Sequence record: OR539218.1
Reading direction: 5' to 3' (one strand)
From: Escherichia phage vB-Eco-KMB26
DNA length: 64,000 bases
Position 1 is the stretch's first letter, and every line of letters begins with the position of its first letter. The position numbers and the translations under genes are program-made. The notes below the pieces were generated by a model that did no database searches, was not told the DNA's origin, and saw only the letters and a list, made by a program, of their open reading frames with translations. This document shows, in pieces, positions 38,194 to 47,441 of this stretch.

Positions 38194-39759
38194 ATGACTA
38201 TCAAAACTAAAGCTGAACTTTTGAACAAATGGAAGCCATTACTGGAAGGTGAAGGTTTACCGGAAATTGCTAATAGCAAACAAGCGATTATCGCTAAAAT
38301 CTTTGAAAACCAGGAAAAAGATTTCCAGACAGCTCCGGAATATAAAGACGAAAAAATTGCTCAGGCATTCGGTTCTTTCTTAACAGAAGCTGAAATCGGT
38401 GGTGACCACGGTTACAATGCTACCAACATCGCTGCAGGTCAGACTTCTGGAGCAGTAACTCAGATTGGCCCAGCTGTTATGGGTATGGTACGTCGTGCTA
38501 TTCCTAACCTGATTGCTTTCGATATTTGTGGTGTTCAGCCAATGAACAGCCCGACTGGCCAGGTATTCGCACTGCGCGCAGTATATGGTAAAGACCCAAT
38601 CGCTTCCGGTGCTAAAGAAGCATTCCACCCAATGTATGGTCCAGATGCAATGTTCTCTGGTCAGGGTGCTGCTAAGAAATTCGCTGCTTTGAAAGCAAGT
38701 GATACTCTTGAAGTCGGAACTATTTACACTCACTTCTTCCAGGAAACTGGTACAGTATATCTGCAAGCTACAGAAGTTAAACAAATTGATTCAGGCGCAT
38801 CTGACGCAGACAAATTAGATGCTGAAATTAAGAAACAAATGGAAGCTGGTGTACTGGTAGAAATCGCTGAAGGTATGGCTACTTCTATCGCTGAACTTCA
38901 GGAAGGTTTTAACGGTTCTACCGATAACCCATGGAATGAAATGGGCTTCCGTATCGATAAGCAAGTTATCGAAGCTAAATCTCGTCAGCTGAAAGCTGCT
39001 TACTCTATTGAATTAGCACAAGACCTTCGCGCTGTTCACGGTATGGATGCTGATGCTGAACTGTCTGGTATTCTGGCTACCGAAATTATGCTGGAAATCA
39101 ACCGCGAAGTTGTTGATTGGATTAACTACTCCGCTCAGGTTGGTAAATCTGGTATGACCCTGACTCCGGGTTCTAAAGCTGGTGTATTTGACTTCCAGGA
39201 CCCAATCGATATTCGTGGTGCTCGCTGGGCAGGTGAATCCTTTAAAGCTCTGTTGTTCCAGATTGACAAAGAAGCAGTTGAAATTGCTCGTCAGACTGGT
39301 CGCGGCGAAGGTAACTTCATTATCGCTTCCCGTAACGTAGTTAACGTTCTGGCTTCAGTTGATACCGGCATTTCTTATGCTGCACAAGGTCTGGCTACTG
39401 GCTTTAACACTGATACTACCAAGTCAGTATTTGCTGGTGTTCTGGGTGGTAAATACCGTGTATATATCGACCAGTATGCTAAACAGGATTATTTCACCGT
39501 AGGTTATAAAGGTCCGAACGAAATGGATGCTGGTATTTACTATGCTCCATATGTAGCTCTGACTCCGCTGCGTGGTTCTGATCCGAAGAACTTCCAACCG
39601 GTAATGGGATTCAAAACTCGTTACGGTATCGGTATCAACCCATTTGCAGAATCCGCTGCTCAGGCTCCGGCTTCTCGCATCCAGAGCGGTATGCCTTCTA
39701 TTCTGAATAGCCTTGGTAAAAACGCTTACTTCCGCCGTGTATATGTTAAAGGTATCTAA
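38194..39759 (+). CDS. 23: gp23, major capsid protein
   Basis: 521-aa ORF; strong codon bias; followed by a strong terminator. Confidence 0.97.
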   Translation: MTIKTKAELLNKWKPLLEGEGLPEIANSKQAIIAKIFENQEKDFQTAPEYKDEKIAQAFGSFLTEAEIGGDHGYNATNIAAGQTSGAVTQIGPAVMGMVRRAIPNLIAFDICGVQPMNSPTGQVFALRAVYGKDPIASGAKEAFHPMYGPDAMFSGQGAAKKFAALKASDTLEVGTIYTHFFQETGTVYLQATEVKQIDSGASDADKLDAEIKKQMEAGVLVEIAEGMATSIAELQEGFNGSTDNPWNEMGFRIDKQVIEAKSRQLKAAYSIELAQDLRAVHGMDADAELSGILATEIMLEINREVVDWINYSAQVGKSGMTLTPGSKAGVFDFQDPIDIRGARWAGESFKALLFQIDKEAVEIARQTGRGEGNFIIASRNVVNVLASVDTGISYAAQGLATGFNTDTTKSVFAGVLGGKYRVYIDQYAKQDYFTVGYKGPNEMDAGIYYAPYVALTPLRGSDPKNFQPVMGFKTRYGIGINPFAESAAQAPASRIQSGMPSILNSLGKNAYFRRVYVKGI

Positions 39760-39773
39760 TCTTTGACGATTTA

Positions 39774-39803
39774 AGGGACCTTCGGGTCCCTTTAGTTGTT
39801 TTT
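39774..39803 (+). terminator. Rho-independent terminator after gene 23
   Basis: Hairpin agggacc-ttcg-ggtccct followed by ttagttgttttta. Confidence 0.7.
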
Positions 39804-39807
39804 ATGG

Positions 39808-39815
39808 TATAAATA
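39808..39815 (+). promoter_or_regulatory. T4 late promoter box for gene 24
   Basis: tataaata 28 bp upstream of the gene 24 ATG. Confidence 0.6.
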
Positions 39816-39842
39816 AATCATATAAACTGAAAGGAAAGCGCA

Positions 39843-41126
39843 ATGGCTAAAATCAACGAACTTCTGCGCGAATCAACCACAACGAATAGCAACTCAATCG
39901 GTCGCCCAAATCTCGTTGCTTTGACTCGCGCTACCACTAAATTAATATATTCTGACATTGTAGCAACGCAAAGAACTAATCAACCTGTTGCTGCTTTTTA
40001 TGGTATAAAATACCTTAACCCAGACAATGAATTTACATTTAAAACTGGTGCTACTTATGCTGGCGAAGCTGGATATGTAGACCGAGAACAAATCACAGAA
40101 TTAACAGAAGAGTCTAAATTAACTCTCAATAAGGGCGATTTATTCAAATATAATAATATCGTTTATAAAGTATTAGAAGATACACCATTTGCTGATATTG
40201 AAGAAAGCGATTTAGAATTAGCTCTTCAGATTGCAATTGTTCTTTTAAAGGTTCGTCTATTTTCTGACGCAGCGTCAACAAGCAAATTTGAAAGCTCTGA
40301 TAGTGAAATTGCGGATGCTAGATTTCAGATTAATAAATGGCAAACCGCAGTTAAATCTCGTAAACTTAAAACTGGTATCACAGTTGAATTAGCACAAGAT
40401 TTAGAAGCAAATGGATTCGATGCTCCTAATTTCTTGGAAGATTTGCTTGCAACTGAAATGGCAGATGAAATCAATAAAGATATTCTGCAGTCTTTGATTA
40501 CAGTGTCAAAACGCTATAAAGTTACAGGAATTACTGATACTGGATTCATTGATTTGAGTTATGCATCTGCACCTGAAGCTGGTCGTTCATTATACCGAAT
40601 GGTGTGTGAAATGGTTTCACATATCCAGAAAGAATCAACTTATACAGCAACGTTCTGTGTTGCTTCAGCTCGTGCCGCTGCGATTCTTGCTGCATCAGGT
40701 TGGTTAAAACATAAACCAGAAGATGACAAATATCTTTCACAAAATGCCTACGGGTTCTTAGCTAATGGTTTACCGCTTTATTGCGATACCAACAGTCCAT
40801 TAGATTATGTAATCGTTGGCGTAGTAGAAAATATTGGTGAAAAAGAAATTGTTGGATCAATTTTCTATGCTCCGTATACAGAAGGTCTTGACTTAGATGA
40901 CCCTGAACATGTAGGTGCATTTAAAGTTGTAGTTGATCCAGAAAGTTTGCAGCCATCTATCGGTTTATTAGTTAGATATGCTTTATCTGCAAATCCTTAC
41001 ACTGTAGCAAAAGATGAAAAAGAAGCAAGAGTAATTGATGGTGGAGATATGGATAAAATGGCGGGTCGTTCAGATTTGTCTGTTTTATTAGGTGTTAAGC
41101 TACCAAAAATTATCATTGATGAATAA
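39843..41126 (+). CDS. 24: gp24, capsid vertex protein
   Basis: 427-aa ORF, paralogue-like to gp23 in position; T4 synteny. Confidence 0.95.
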   Translation: MAKINELLRESTTTNSNSIGRPNLVALTRATTKLIYSDIVATQRTNQPVAAFYGIKYLNPDNEFTFKTGATYAGEAGYVDREQITELTEESKLTLNKGDLFKYNNIVYKVLEDTPFADIEESDLELALQIAIVLLKVRLFSDAASTSKFESSDSEIADARFQINKWQTAVKSRKLKTGITVELAQDLEANGFDAPNFLEDLLATEMADEINKDILQSLITVSKRYKVTGITDTGFIDLSYASAPEAGRSLYRMVCEMVSHIQKESTYTATFCVASARAAAILAASGWLKHKPEDDKYLSQNAYGFLANGLPLYCDTNSPLDYVIVGVVENIGEKEIVGSIFYAPYTEGLDLDDPEHVGAFKVVVDPESLQPSIGLLVRYALSANPYTVAKDEKEARVIDGGDMDKMAGRSDLSVLLGVKLPKIIIDE

Positions 41127-41156
41127 AACAAAGGGACCGAAAGGTCCCTTTTTATT
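41125..41156. terminator. Bidirectional terminator between convergent genes 24 and rnlB
   Basis: Hairpin agggacc-gaaa-ggtccct flanked by A-run upstream and T-run downstream. Confidence 0.65.
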
Positions 41157-42160
41157 TAACTTACCAATTCAATCCAAGCCGGACGAAGTACATCTTGTAC
41201 CATTTTAACTAATTCCTTCTTAATCAAAGAAGGATTATCCGCTTGAGTTAGAGTAATACCTTCACGAGAAGTTTCTTCCAAAATATCTTGAACAGTTAGT
41301 CCCATCACCTTTCCAAAATCCTTCGGACCAATTTCACCAATTTTAGAAATAACGTTATTTACTCGGTTCAGTGTAACGTAGCAAGCTAAAATTCCCACCA
41401 ATTTGTTATCAGCTTCTGATAGTTCAACTTTAGCTTTAATAGGCTTATCAGACTTTTTCTTTTCACTAAATTTGGAATTCTTGCATTTGATGGCTACACG
41501 ATTTCCATTATGAAGCCAAGAAGGATAACAAGGTTTCAATACATATCCTTCAGCGGTAAATACTTCGCCTTTGGCTTCAGCTTTCCAAACACATTTGTTA
41601 GCGTCAACTAATCCAGCATGGTCTACTGTAAAATTATAATCTTGGACGACAGAATCTAAATCATTTGGCAATTTAATAAGCTCTTCAAATTTACCGCGAC
41701 CTAAAAGTGGAGCCATTTTAAATTTAAATGTATTGCAGAATGATTCCATCATATAATCATCGACATAAGTCACATCACCACTTTCTGTAGTAACAATAAT
41801 GTCAAATACATAAAAATCTTTATCGCCATAATCGACATTCTTCTGAATGCCAGGTCCAGCGAATTCGCCAAAAACTTGATAAGATACAACCGCTGAAGTT
41901 TCCATAATATCTTGTACTGCTTTAATGGAATCAGAGTAATTCTTCAAAATAATTTCATACCCAAAGAAATCTTCAGCAGGAAGAATAGGACCAGTGCGTT
42001 TAGCGCAAGTTACTTTATCACGCTCAATAATCAATGAGAAATTTGTGCCGTGAATCTTTTCACGAGCTACCCACTCCCCACCAGTCAATCCCAAGCTATA
42101 AAGTTTTTCAATAAATTTAGAGTTGTAATGATTTTCAAGACTGCTATACTTTTTAAACAT
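41156..42160 (-). CDS. rnlB: RNA ligase 2
   Basis: 334-aa ORF, nucleotidyltransferase lysine motif EKIHGTNF (KxxG); T4 position after gene 24. Confidence 0.9.
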   Translation of the reverse strand: MFKKYSSLENHYNSKFIEKLYSLGLTGGEWVAREKIHGTNFSLIIERDKVTCAKRTGPILPAEDFFGYEIILKNYSDSIKAVQDIMETSAVVSYQVFGEFAGPGIQKNVDYGDKDFYVFDIIVTTESGDVTYVDDYMMESFCNTFKFKMAPLLGRGKFEELIKLPNDLDSVVQDYNFTVDHAGLVDANKCVWKAEAKGEVFTAEGYVLKPCYPSWLHNGNRVAIKCKNSKFSEKKKSDKPIKAKVELSEADNKLVGILACYVTLNRVNNVISKIGEIGPKDFGKVMGLTVQDILEETSREGITLTQADNPSLIKKELVKMVQDVLRPAWIELVS

Positions 42161-42169
42161 AATTAATCC

Positions 42170-42448
42170 TCAAAATGTAATTTCTAACCAATCACCATCA
42201 CGCTGATCACTATTGACTTTAAAGCTAAATCCTTCTTTTCTCAGCCAATCACCAATTTCTTCAGTAATCAATTTATCGCGAGCAGTACAATAATAACTAA
42301 AATATGTTTTACCTTGTTCAGCTGCTTTATTAGCAAGTTCCGAAAAATCTTTAATAAAACACTCTAGCTTAAACTGTTTACTTTTAAGTGCTTTTTCGCG
42401 TAATCGATTAGCAAAAGATTCATTTTCATAAAGATCATACTGTTCCAT
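42170..42448 (-). CDS. Hypothetical protein (92 aa)
   Basis: ORF only; compact spacing between rnlB and hoc. Confidence 0.6.
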   Translation of the reverse strand: MEQYDLYENESFANRLREKALKSKQFKLECFIKDFSELANKAAEQGKTYFSYYCTARDKLITEEIGDWLRKEGFSFKVNSDQRDGDWLEITF

Positions 42449-42451
42449 TTT

Positions 42452-42649
42452 TCACCTTTTATTAATATGTCTTTTTCTATAGACAACTTTTTCTCGAGTT
42501 TCAAATTTATTCTTAGCAGTCATAGCTCGAGCCCATAATACAGCCACTTCTTTCGCCTGTAAGTTTAATTCACGAGCAATTTCAATGAATGACTTTCCAG
42601 ACTCATGAAGAGTAAACACCACAACCTCAGTTCTCATAATCAATCTCAT
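42452..42649 (-). CDS. Small hypothetical protein (65 aa), possible helix-turn-helix
   Basis: ORF; segment SGKSFIEIARELNLQAKEVAVLWARA looks HTH-like by eye. Confidence 0.55.
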   Translation of the reverse strand: MRLIMRTEVVVFTLHESGKSFIEIARELNLQAKEVAVLWARAMTAKNKFETREKVVYRKRHINKR

Positions 42650-42704
42650 GTTATCGAGTTGATGCCATTATATACATCATTTTCTGAGTATGTTTTGTGT
42701 GCTT

Positions 42705-42738
42705 TCAAAATGAAGAAAGGGGCCGAAGCCCCTTATGA
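42705..42738 (-). terminator. Rho-independent terminator after hoc
   Basis: Hairpin aaggggc-cgaa-gcccctt at 42718-42735 followed on the reverse strand by a U-rich run; preceded by (ATAATC)x3 after the hoc stop. Confidence 0.6.
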
Positions 42739-42750
42739 TTATGATTATGA

Positions 42751-44457
42751 TTATGGATAGGTATAGATGATACCAGTTTCTAAAGCAGTTTTATGAATGA
42801 TGTATCCATTGCGTGATTCTTGAACATCAACTTCTGGATAGTCTTTCATCATCTTCTGAAGAGTGTAACGATGCAGGTAGTATTTACTGTCTGGATCTTC
42901 AGTTTTCCAATCTTTACCTTCTTCGGTCATTTTTTGGATTTCATCCATAACCCACCAACCGCACCAGATATAAGCTGAAGTACGATGTGGAAGAGGATGA
43001 ACATAAGGCAATTCACCTTCTGGTTCTGGAGCAACTTTATCAGTTACCTGAACTTGACCTTCTGCTGTAATAGTTTTGCTATCGTAATCAGTTGCAGTAA
43101 CGACAGCAGTAACTTCAATAGTTTGACTTCCAACAGATGAGGTATCGACAGTATATACGTTAGTTGACCCTTCTACAGGAGAAGAATCTTTCTTCCATGA
43201 GTAAGTAATTTGTGCTTCTTCTGGAGCACCCGTAACATTAGCCGTAAATGTAGCCGAAGCATCTTGCTGAACGTTAATAGAAGGAGGAGTCAATGTAACC
43301 TGTGGATTCATTGTTTTCTTATTAACAGTCAATGATACTTCATTAGAAGTAACTTCCTTTTCATTGTAATTTTCTGCAGTTACTTGCGCTACACACTTAA
43401 CTGTTTTAGCTCCAACTGTGGTAGGAGTATAGTTAAATGTAGTAGTAGTTTCTCCATCGACCAGAGAACCGTCAACATACCACTGATACGTAGCAGACGC
43501 TCCTGGTGGCTGTGAATCCAAGGCAGCAGTAAATTGAACTGGGGTTCCAATTACTCCGGCAGCAGGATTAGCAGGAGTTACGGCTAACGTAGTTGTCTGT
43601 GTCTTCTTATTAACTGTTAATGATACTTCATTAGAAGTAACTGTTTTTGCGTCATAATCTGTTGCTGTTACTTGCGCTACGCATTTAATTCTTTTTACTC
43701 CACTTGTAGTTGGAGTATAGCTAAATGTAGCAGAAGTCGCTTCACCAATTTGAGAATCATCTACATACCACTGATACGTAGCAGATGCCCCATCAGGTTG
43801 AGAAGCTAAGGCAGCAGTAAATTCAACGGCTGTTCCAATCACTCCAGCTGGAGGACTATCAGGAGTTACTGCCAAGGTAGTCGTCTGCGTCTTTTTATTA
43901 ACAGTCAATGATACTTCATTAGAAGTAACGCTTAGTGCATCATAATCTGCCGCAGTTACTTGAGCTACACACTTGATTTTTTTAACTCCGCTTGTGTCAG
44001 GAGTGTAATTGAATGTAGCGTCAGTTGCTTCGTCTACAGGAGAACCGTCAACGTGCCATTGATACGTAGCGTTTGCACCTGATGGCTGTGAAGCTAAGGC
44101 AGCGGTAAATTCAATTGGAGTTCCAATCACTCCAGCATCAGGGCTACCAGGAGTTACAGCTAAAGTAGTTGTTTGTGTCTTATTTTGAACTGTGATAGTT
44201 GTAGTAGCTTCTGCTGTTTCAGCATCAGTATCTGGAACTGTATTTGTTGCAACTACTTTAATAGTCTTTTGTCCAGCAGGTCCTTTTAATACATAATCAA
44301 AAGTTGCTTCAGCTCCATCTTGTGGAGCATCATCTACAGTCCAAGCATATGTAATAGTTCCGCCTCCAGTTTCACCACTGGGTGTAGCAGTAAACTGCTT
44401 AGTTTCATCAATAACCCCTGTCGGTGTTTTAGGAGTTATATCAACTGTAAAAGTCAT
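42751..44457 (-). CDS. hoc: Highly immunogenic outer capsid protein, expanded to five Ig-like domains plus capsid-binding domain
   Basis: 568-aa ORF; N-terminus MTFTVDITPKTPTGVIDETKQF and C-terminal capsid-binding domain ..WCGWWVMDEIQKMTEEGKDW.. as in T4 Hoc; three tandem ~96-aa units each starting KTQTTTLAVTP. Confidence 0.93.
   Translation of the reverse strand: MTFTVDITPKTPTGVIDETKQFTATPSGETGGGTITYAWTVDDAPQDGAEATFDYVLKGPAGQKTIKVVATNTVPDTDAETAEATTTITVQNKTQTTTLAVTPGSPDAGVIGTPIEFTAALASQPSGANATYQWHVDGSPVDEATDATFNYTPDTSGVKKIKCVAQVTAADYDALSVTSNEVSLTVNKKTQTTTLAVTPDSPPAGVIGTAVEFTAALASQPDGASATYQWYVDDSQIGEATSATFSYTPTTSGVKRIKCVAQVTATDYDAKTVTSNEVSLTVNKKTQTTTLAVTPANPAAGVIGTPVQFTAALDSQPPGASATYQWYVDGSLVDGETTTTFNYTPTTVGAKTVKCVAQVTAENYNEKEVTSNEVSLTVNKKTMNPQVTLTPPSINVQQDASATFTANVTGAPEEAQITYSWKKDSSPVEGSTNVYTVDTSSVGSQTIEVTAVVTATDYDSKTITAEGQVQVTDKVAPEPEGELPYVHPLPHRTSAYIWCGWWVMDEIQKMTEEGKDWKTEDPDSKYYLHRYTLQKMMKDYPEVDVQESRNGYIIHKTALETGIIYTYP
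43318..44184. repeat. Three tandem ~288-bp coding repeats inside hoc
   Basis: Plus-strand ttattaacagtcaatgatacttcattagaagtaac recurs at ~43319, ~43607 and ~43896 (period 288-289 bp); coordinates approximate. Confidence 0.85.
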
Positions 44458-44466
44458 AAGTTATCC

Positions 44467-45147
44467 TTATTTTAATGTTACGAAAGAAGAGTTGCGTGTT
44501 TCACGAATTAAAACTGATCCGTCACGGTTAATGTAATAAATTAAGCTAAATAAAGTTTGGTGTGCTGACGCATGTTCAAAACTAGTTGGGTGAGATTTCC
44601 AATCAGGAGTTTCAGCAATCCATTGATAAATCCACCAAGGAACAGTACAGAATCCTGGATTTTTTCCAATCAACTGAAGATTCGGGCTAAAGTTTTCCGG
44701 AAGAGTAAATACAGACGGCTTTTCAGATTCAATAATCTCAGCTACAGCCTGTTCAAATTTTTCTTCAACAAATGGAGTATCTTCAATCAAAACATCGGTA
44801 TTTTCAGGAATTTTATCTGTTTCTACTACTTCAATTTTAATGTCAGATTTAACCGGAGAATCAATCAAAAGTGCTGCTTCTGGATTGACTTCTTCATCGT
44901 CATATTTTAACCCCTCTGCAGCATCAGCAGCATCAATTAAGTCTTTAATAGATAACCCATCAGTCTCTGGCATAGGTTCACTAGCGAGCTTCTGGAGAGA
45001 TTCTTCAATATCATTAACGATATTATCAAAAGATTTATTCTTTTTGACCTTTATACCAAACTGTTCAGCATATTCAGCTAATTTAGCTTTAGCTTCTTTA
45101 TTATCATCAAGAGCCTTCAGCTCTGCAATATAATCTTTATCTATCAT
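44467..45147 (-). CDS. inh: Inhibitor of prohead protease gp21
   Basis: 226-aa ORF downstream of hoc; T4 synteny hoc-inh. Confidence 0.85.
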   Translation of the reverse strand: MIDKDYIAELKALDDNKEAKAKLAEYAEQFGIKVKKNKSFDNIVNDIEESLQKLASEPMPETDGLSIKDLIDAADAAEGLKYDDEEVNPEAALLIDSPVKSDIKIEVVETDKIPENTDVLIEDTPFVEEKFEQAVAEIIESEKPSVFTLPENFSPNLQLIGKNPGFCTVPWWIYQWIAETPDWKSHPTSFEHASAHQTLFSLIYYINRDGSVLIRETRNSSFVTLK

Positions 45148-45160
45148 AATATTTCCTCAG

Positions 45161-45168
45161 TATAAATA
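45161..45168 (+). promoter_or_regulatory. T4 late promoter box upstream of uvsW
   Basis: tataaata 30 bp upstream of the uvsW ATG. Confidence 0.5.
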
Positions 45169-45197
45169 TAGATATATTTATTACATGGTATTTAGAC

Positions 45198-46709
45198 ATG
45201 ACTGACATTAAAGTACATTTTTATGATTTTAGTCACGTGAGAATTGATTGCGAAGAAAGTACATTTCATGAACTCCGTGATTTCTTTAGCTTTGAAGCTG
45301 ATGGGTATCGTTTTAATCCGAAGTACAAATATGGCCACTGGGATGGACGAATTCGTCTTTTAGATTATAATCGTCTTCTTCCATTCGGCTTAGTCGGGCA
45401 AATTAAAAAGTTCTGTGATAACTTTGGCTATAAAGCCTGGATTGACCCACAAATTAACGAAAAAGAAGAATTATCAAGAAAAGATTTTGATGAATGGCTT
45501 TCTAAATTAGAAATCTATTCAGGAAATAAAAGAATTGAACCACACTGGTATCAAAAAGATGCAGTGTTCGAAGGATTAGTTAATCGTCGTAGAATTCTTA
45601 ATCTTCCAACATCCGCTGGTAAATCGTTAATTCAAGCTTTGCTTGCGCGATATTATTTGGAAAATTATGAAGGTAAAATTCTTATCATTGTTCCAACAAC
45701 TGCTCTAACAACTCAGATGGCTGATGACTTCGTTGACTATCGTTTATTCAGTCATGCAATGATAAAGAAAATTGGTGGCGGAGCATCAAAAGATGATAAA
45801 TATAAAAATGATGCACCAGTCGTTGTTGGTACATGGCAAACTGTAGTAAAACAACCGAAAGAATGGTTCTCACAGTTTGGAATGATGATGAATGATGAAT
45901 GCCATCTTGCTACAGGAAAAAGTATTTCATCTATCATATCAGGTTTAAATAACTGCATGTTCAAATTTGGTCTATCTGGTTCATTACGTGATGGCAAAGC
46001 CAATATCATGCAGTATGTTGGAATGTTTGGTGAAATATTTAAGCCAGTAACGACTTCTAAGTTAATGGAAGATGGACAAGTAACTGAGCTAAAAATTAAT
46101 AGTATTTTTCTTCGCTATCCCGATGAGTTCACTACTAAATTAAAGGGAAAAACTTATCAAGAAGAAATAAAAATTATTACGGGGCTTAGTAAAAGAAATA
46201 AATGGATCGCTAAATTGGCTATTAAGCTTGCACAAAAAGATGAAAACGCTTTTGTCATGTTTAAACACGTATCGCACGGTAAAGCTATTTTCGATTTAAT
46301 TAAAAATGAATACGATAAAGTTTATTACGTATCAGGGGAAGTTGATACCGAAACCCGCAATATAATGAAAACCTTAGCTGAAAACGGTAAAGGAATAATT
46401 ATAGTAGCTAGTTATGGTGTATTTTCTACTGGTATTTCAGTTAAAAATCTGCATCACGTTGTTTTAGCGCACGGTGTTAAATCAAAAATCATTGTATTAC
46501 AAACAATCGGTCGTGTATTACGTAAGCATGGTTCTAAGACAATAGCAACCGTCTGGGACCTCATAGATGATTGTGGCGTTAAGCCAAAATCTGCTAATAC
46601 GAAAAAGAAATACGTTCATTTGAACTATCTTTTAAAACACGGCATTGATCGTATTCAGCGCTACGCAGATGAAAAATTTAATTACGTAATGAAAACAGTT
46701 AATTTATAA
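45198..46709 (+). CDS. uvsW: UvsW, SF2 DNA/RNA helicase
   Basis: 503-aa ORF; Walker A PTSAGKS, DEAH-type box MMNDECH, helicase C-terminal motifs. Confidence 0.93.
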   Translation: MTDIKVHFYDFSHVRIDCEESTFHELRDFFSFEADGYRFNPKYKYGHWDGRIRLLDYNRLLPFGLVGQIKKFCDNFGYKAWIDPQINEKEELSRKDFDEWLSKLEIYSGNKRIEPHWYQKDAVFEGLVNRRRILNLPTSAGKSLIQALLARYYLENYEGKILIIVPTTALTTQMADDFVDYRLFSHAMIKKIGGGASKDDKYKNDAPVVVGTWQTVVKQPKEWFSQFGMMMNDECHLATGKSISSIISGLNNCMFKFGLSGSLRDGKANIMQYVGMFGEIFKPVTTSKLMEDGQVTELKINSIFLRYPDEFTTKLKGKTYQEEIKIITGLSKRNKWIAKLAIKLAQKDENAFVMFKHVSHGKAIFDLIKNEYDKVYYVSGEVDTETRNIMKTLAENGKGIIIVASYGVFSTGISVKNLHHVVLAHGVKSKIIVLQTIGRVLRKHGSKTIATVWDLIDDCGVKPKSANTKKKYVHLNYLLKHGIDRIQRYADEKFNYVMKTVNL

Positions 46710-46734
46710 GGGCTTCGGCCCTTTGGAGAAAAAG

Positions 46735-46965
46735 ATGTTACTAGAATTTAAACAATTTCTTTATGAAGCTTCTATTGATGAATTTATGGGTAAAATTGCC
46801 TCTTGTCAAACATTAGAAGGTTTAGAAGAACTTGAAGCTTATTATAAGAAAAGAGTTAAAGAAACTGAATTAAAAGATACTGATGACATCTCAGTCAGAG
46901 ATGCTTTGGCAGGAAAAAGAGCTGAATTAGAAGATTCAGACGATGAAGTAGAAGAAAGCTTTTAA
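46735..46965 (+). CDS. uvsW.1: UvsW.1 small acidic protein
   Basis: ORF track starts at TTG 46723; ATG at 46735 (MLLEFKQF...) with GGAGAAAAAG SD gives 76 aa. Confidence 0.8.
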   Translation: MLLEFKQFLYEASIDEFMGKIASCQTLEGLEELEAYYKKRVKETELKDTDDISVRDALAGKRAELEDSDDEVEESF

Positions 46966-47020
46966 ATTAAAAAAGGCCCAACCAAAAAGGAAGGGCCAAA
47001 ACTATAGACTAAAGGTCACA

Positions 47021-47188
47021 CTATAGCAAAAGTTGCGTTTCATTTAATTGTTCTTCCGAACTTTCTGAAACTGGTAGTTCTTTAATGTAATTATAGCAAG
47101 GCCCAGGATGTACAGGACCTTTGTCTGTTTCAACAACCAATGCAGAATCGATTGGAGTTTTACAGACAACACAAATCTTATCTGACAT
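47021..47188 (-). CDS. Small Cys-containing protein (55 aa), possible zinc ribbon
   Basis: Hand-translated: ATG at 47186-47188 with GAGGAG SD and a TATAAATA box at 47214-47221; MSDKICVVCKTPIDSALVVETDKGPVHPGPCYNY... Confidence 0.5.
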   Translation of the reverse strand: MSDKICVVCKTPIDSALVVETDKGPVHPGPCYNYIKELPVSESSEEQLNETQLLL

Positions 47189-47213
47189 GATTGTCTCCTC
47201 TGAATTATATATC

Positions 47214-47221
47214 TATTTATA
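47214..47221 (-). promoter_or_regulatory. T4 late promoter box (reverse strand) upstream of the 55-aa ORF
   Basis: Plus-strand tatttata 26 bp upstream of the ATG at 47188. Confidence 0.5.
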
Positions 47222-47441
47222 CAACTCTCATATGCATATCAATGCCCATATCTTTAGAATAAAAATATTCATCAAGATATCCGGCAAATTTTCCTTTAAT
47301 ATAAAGGACATCTTCACCACACGGGTGATCGGCCAGGATACGAATATCCTGACGCTTGAGATTATACTTTTTCATTAAGAATTGAATTTCCGTTTCAAAT
47401 TCTTCTTCATAATTAAAAGCATCATCAATGCTATATCTCAT
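47217..47441 (-). CDS. Hypothetical protein (74 aa)
   Basis: ORF with ATG start overlapping uvsY stop; position corresponds to the small ORFs flanking uvsY in T4. Confidence 0.65.
   Translation of the reverse strand: MRYSIDDAFNYEEEFETEIQFLMKKYNLKRQDIRILADHPCGEDVLYIKGKFAGYLDEYFYSKDMGIDMHMRVV

Noticed and set aside
42736-42756. (ATAATC)x3 microsatellite immediately after the hoc stop codon
   Set aside because: Only three units, lying between the stop codon and the terminator hairpin; most simply a spacer, with no evidence of phase-variable function.
43318-44184. Possible CRISPR array or other non-coding tandem repeat
   Set aside because: The ~288-bp units are in-frame coding repeats of Hoc Ig-like domains with no short repeat-spacer structure, and no cas genes are present in the window; the 4187-4278 repeat is only two copies of a promoter.
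47121-47378. 85-aa plus-strand ORF
   Set aside because: It overlaps, in antisense, the reverse-strand 74-aa ORF and the late promoter/SD of the 55-aa ORF; the reverse-strand genes have proper signals.
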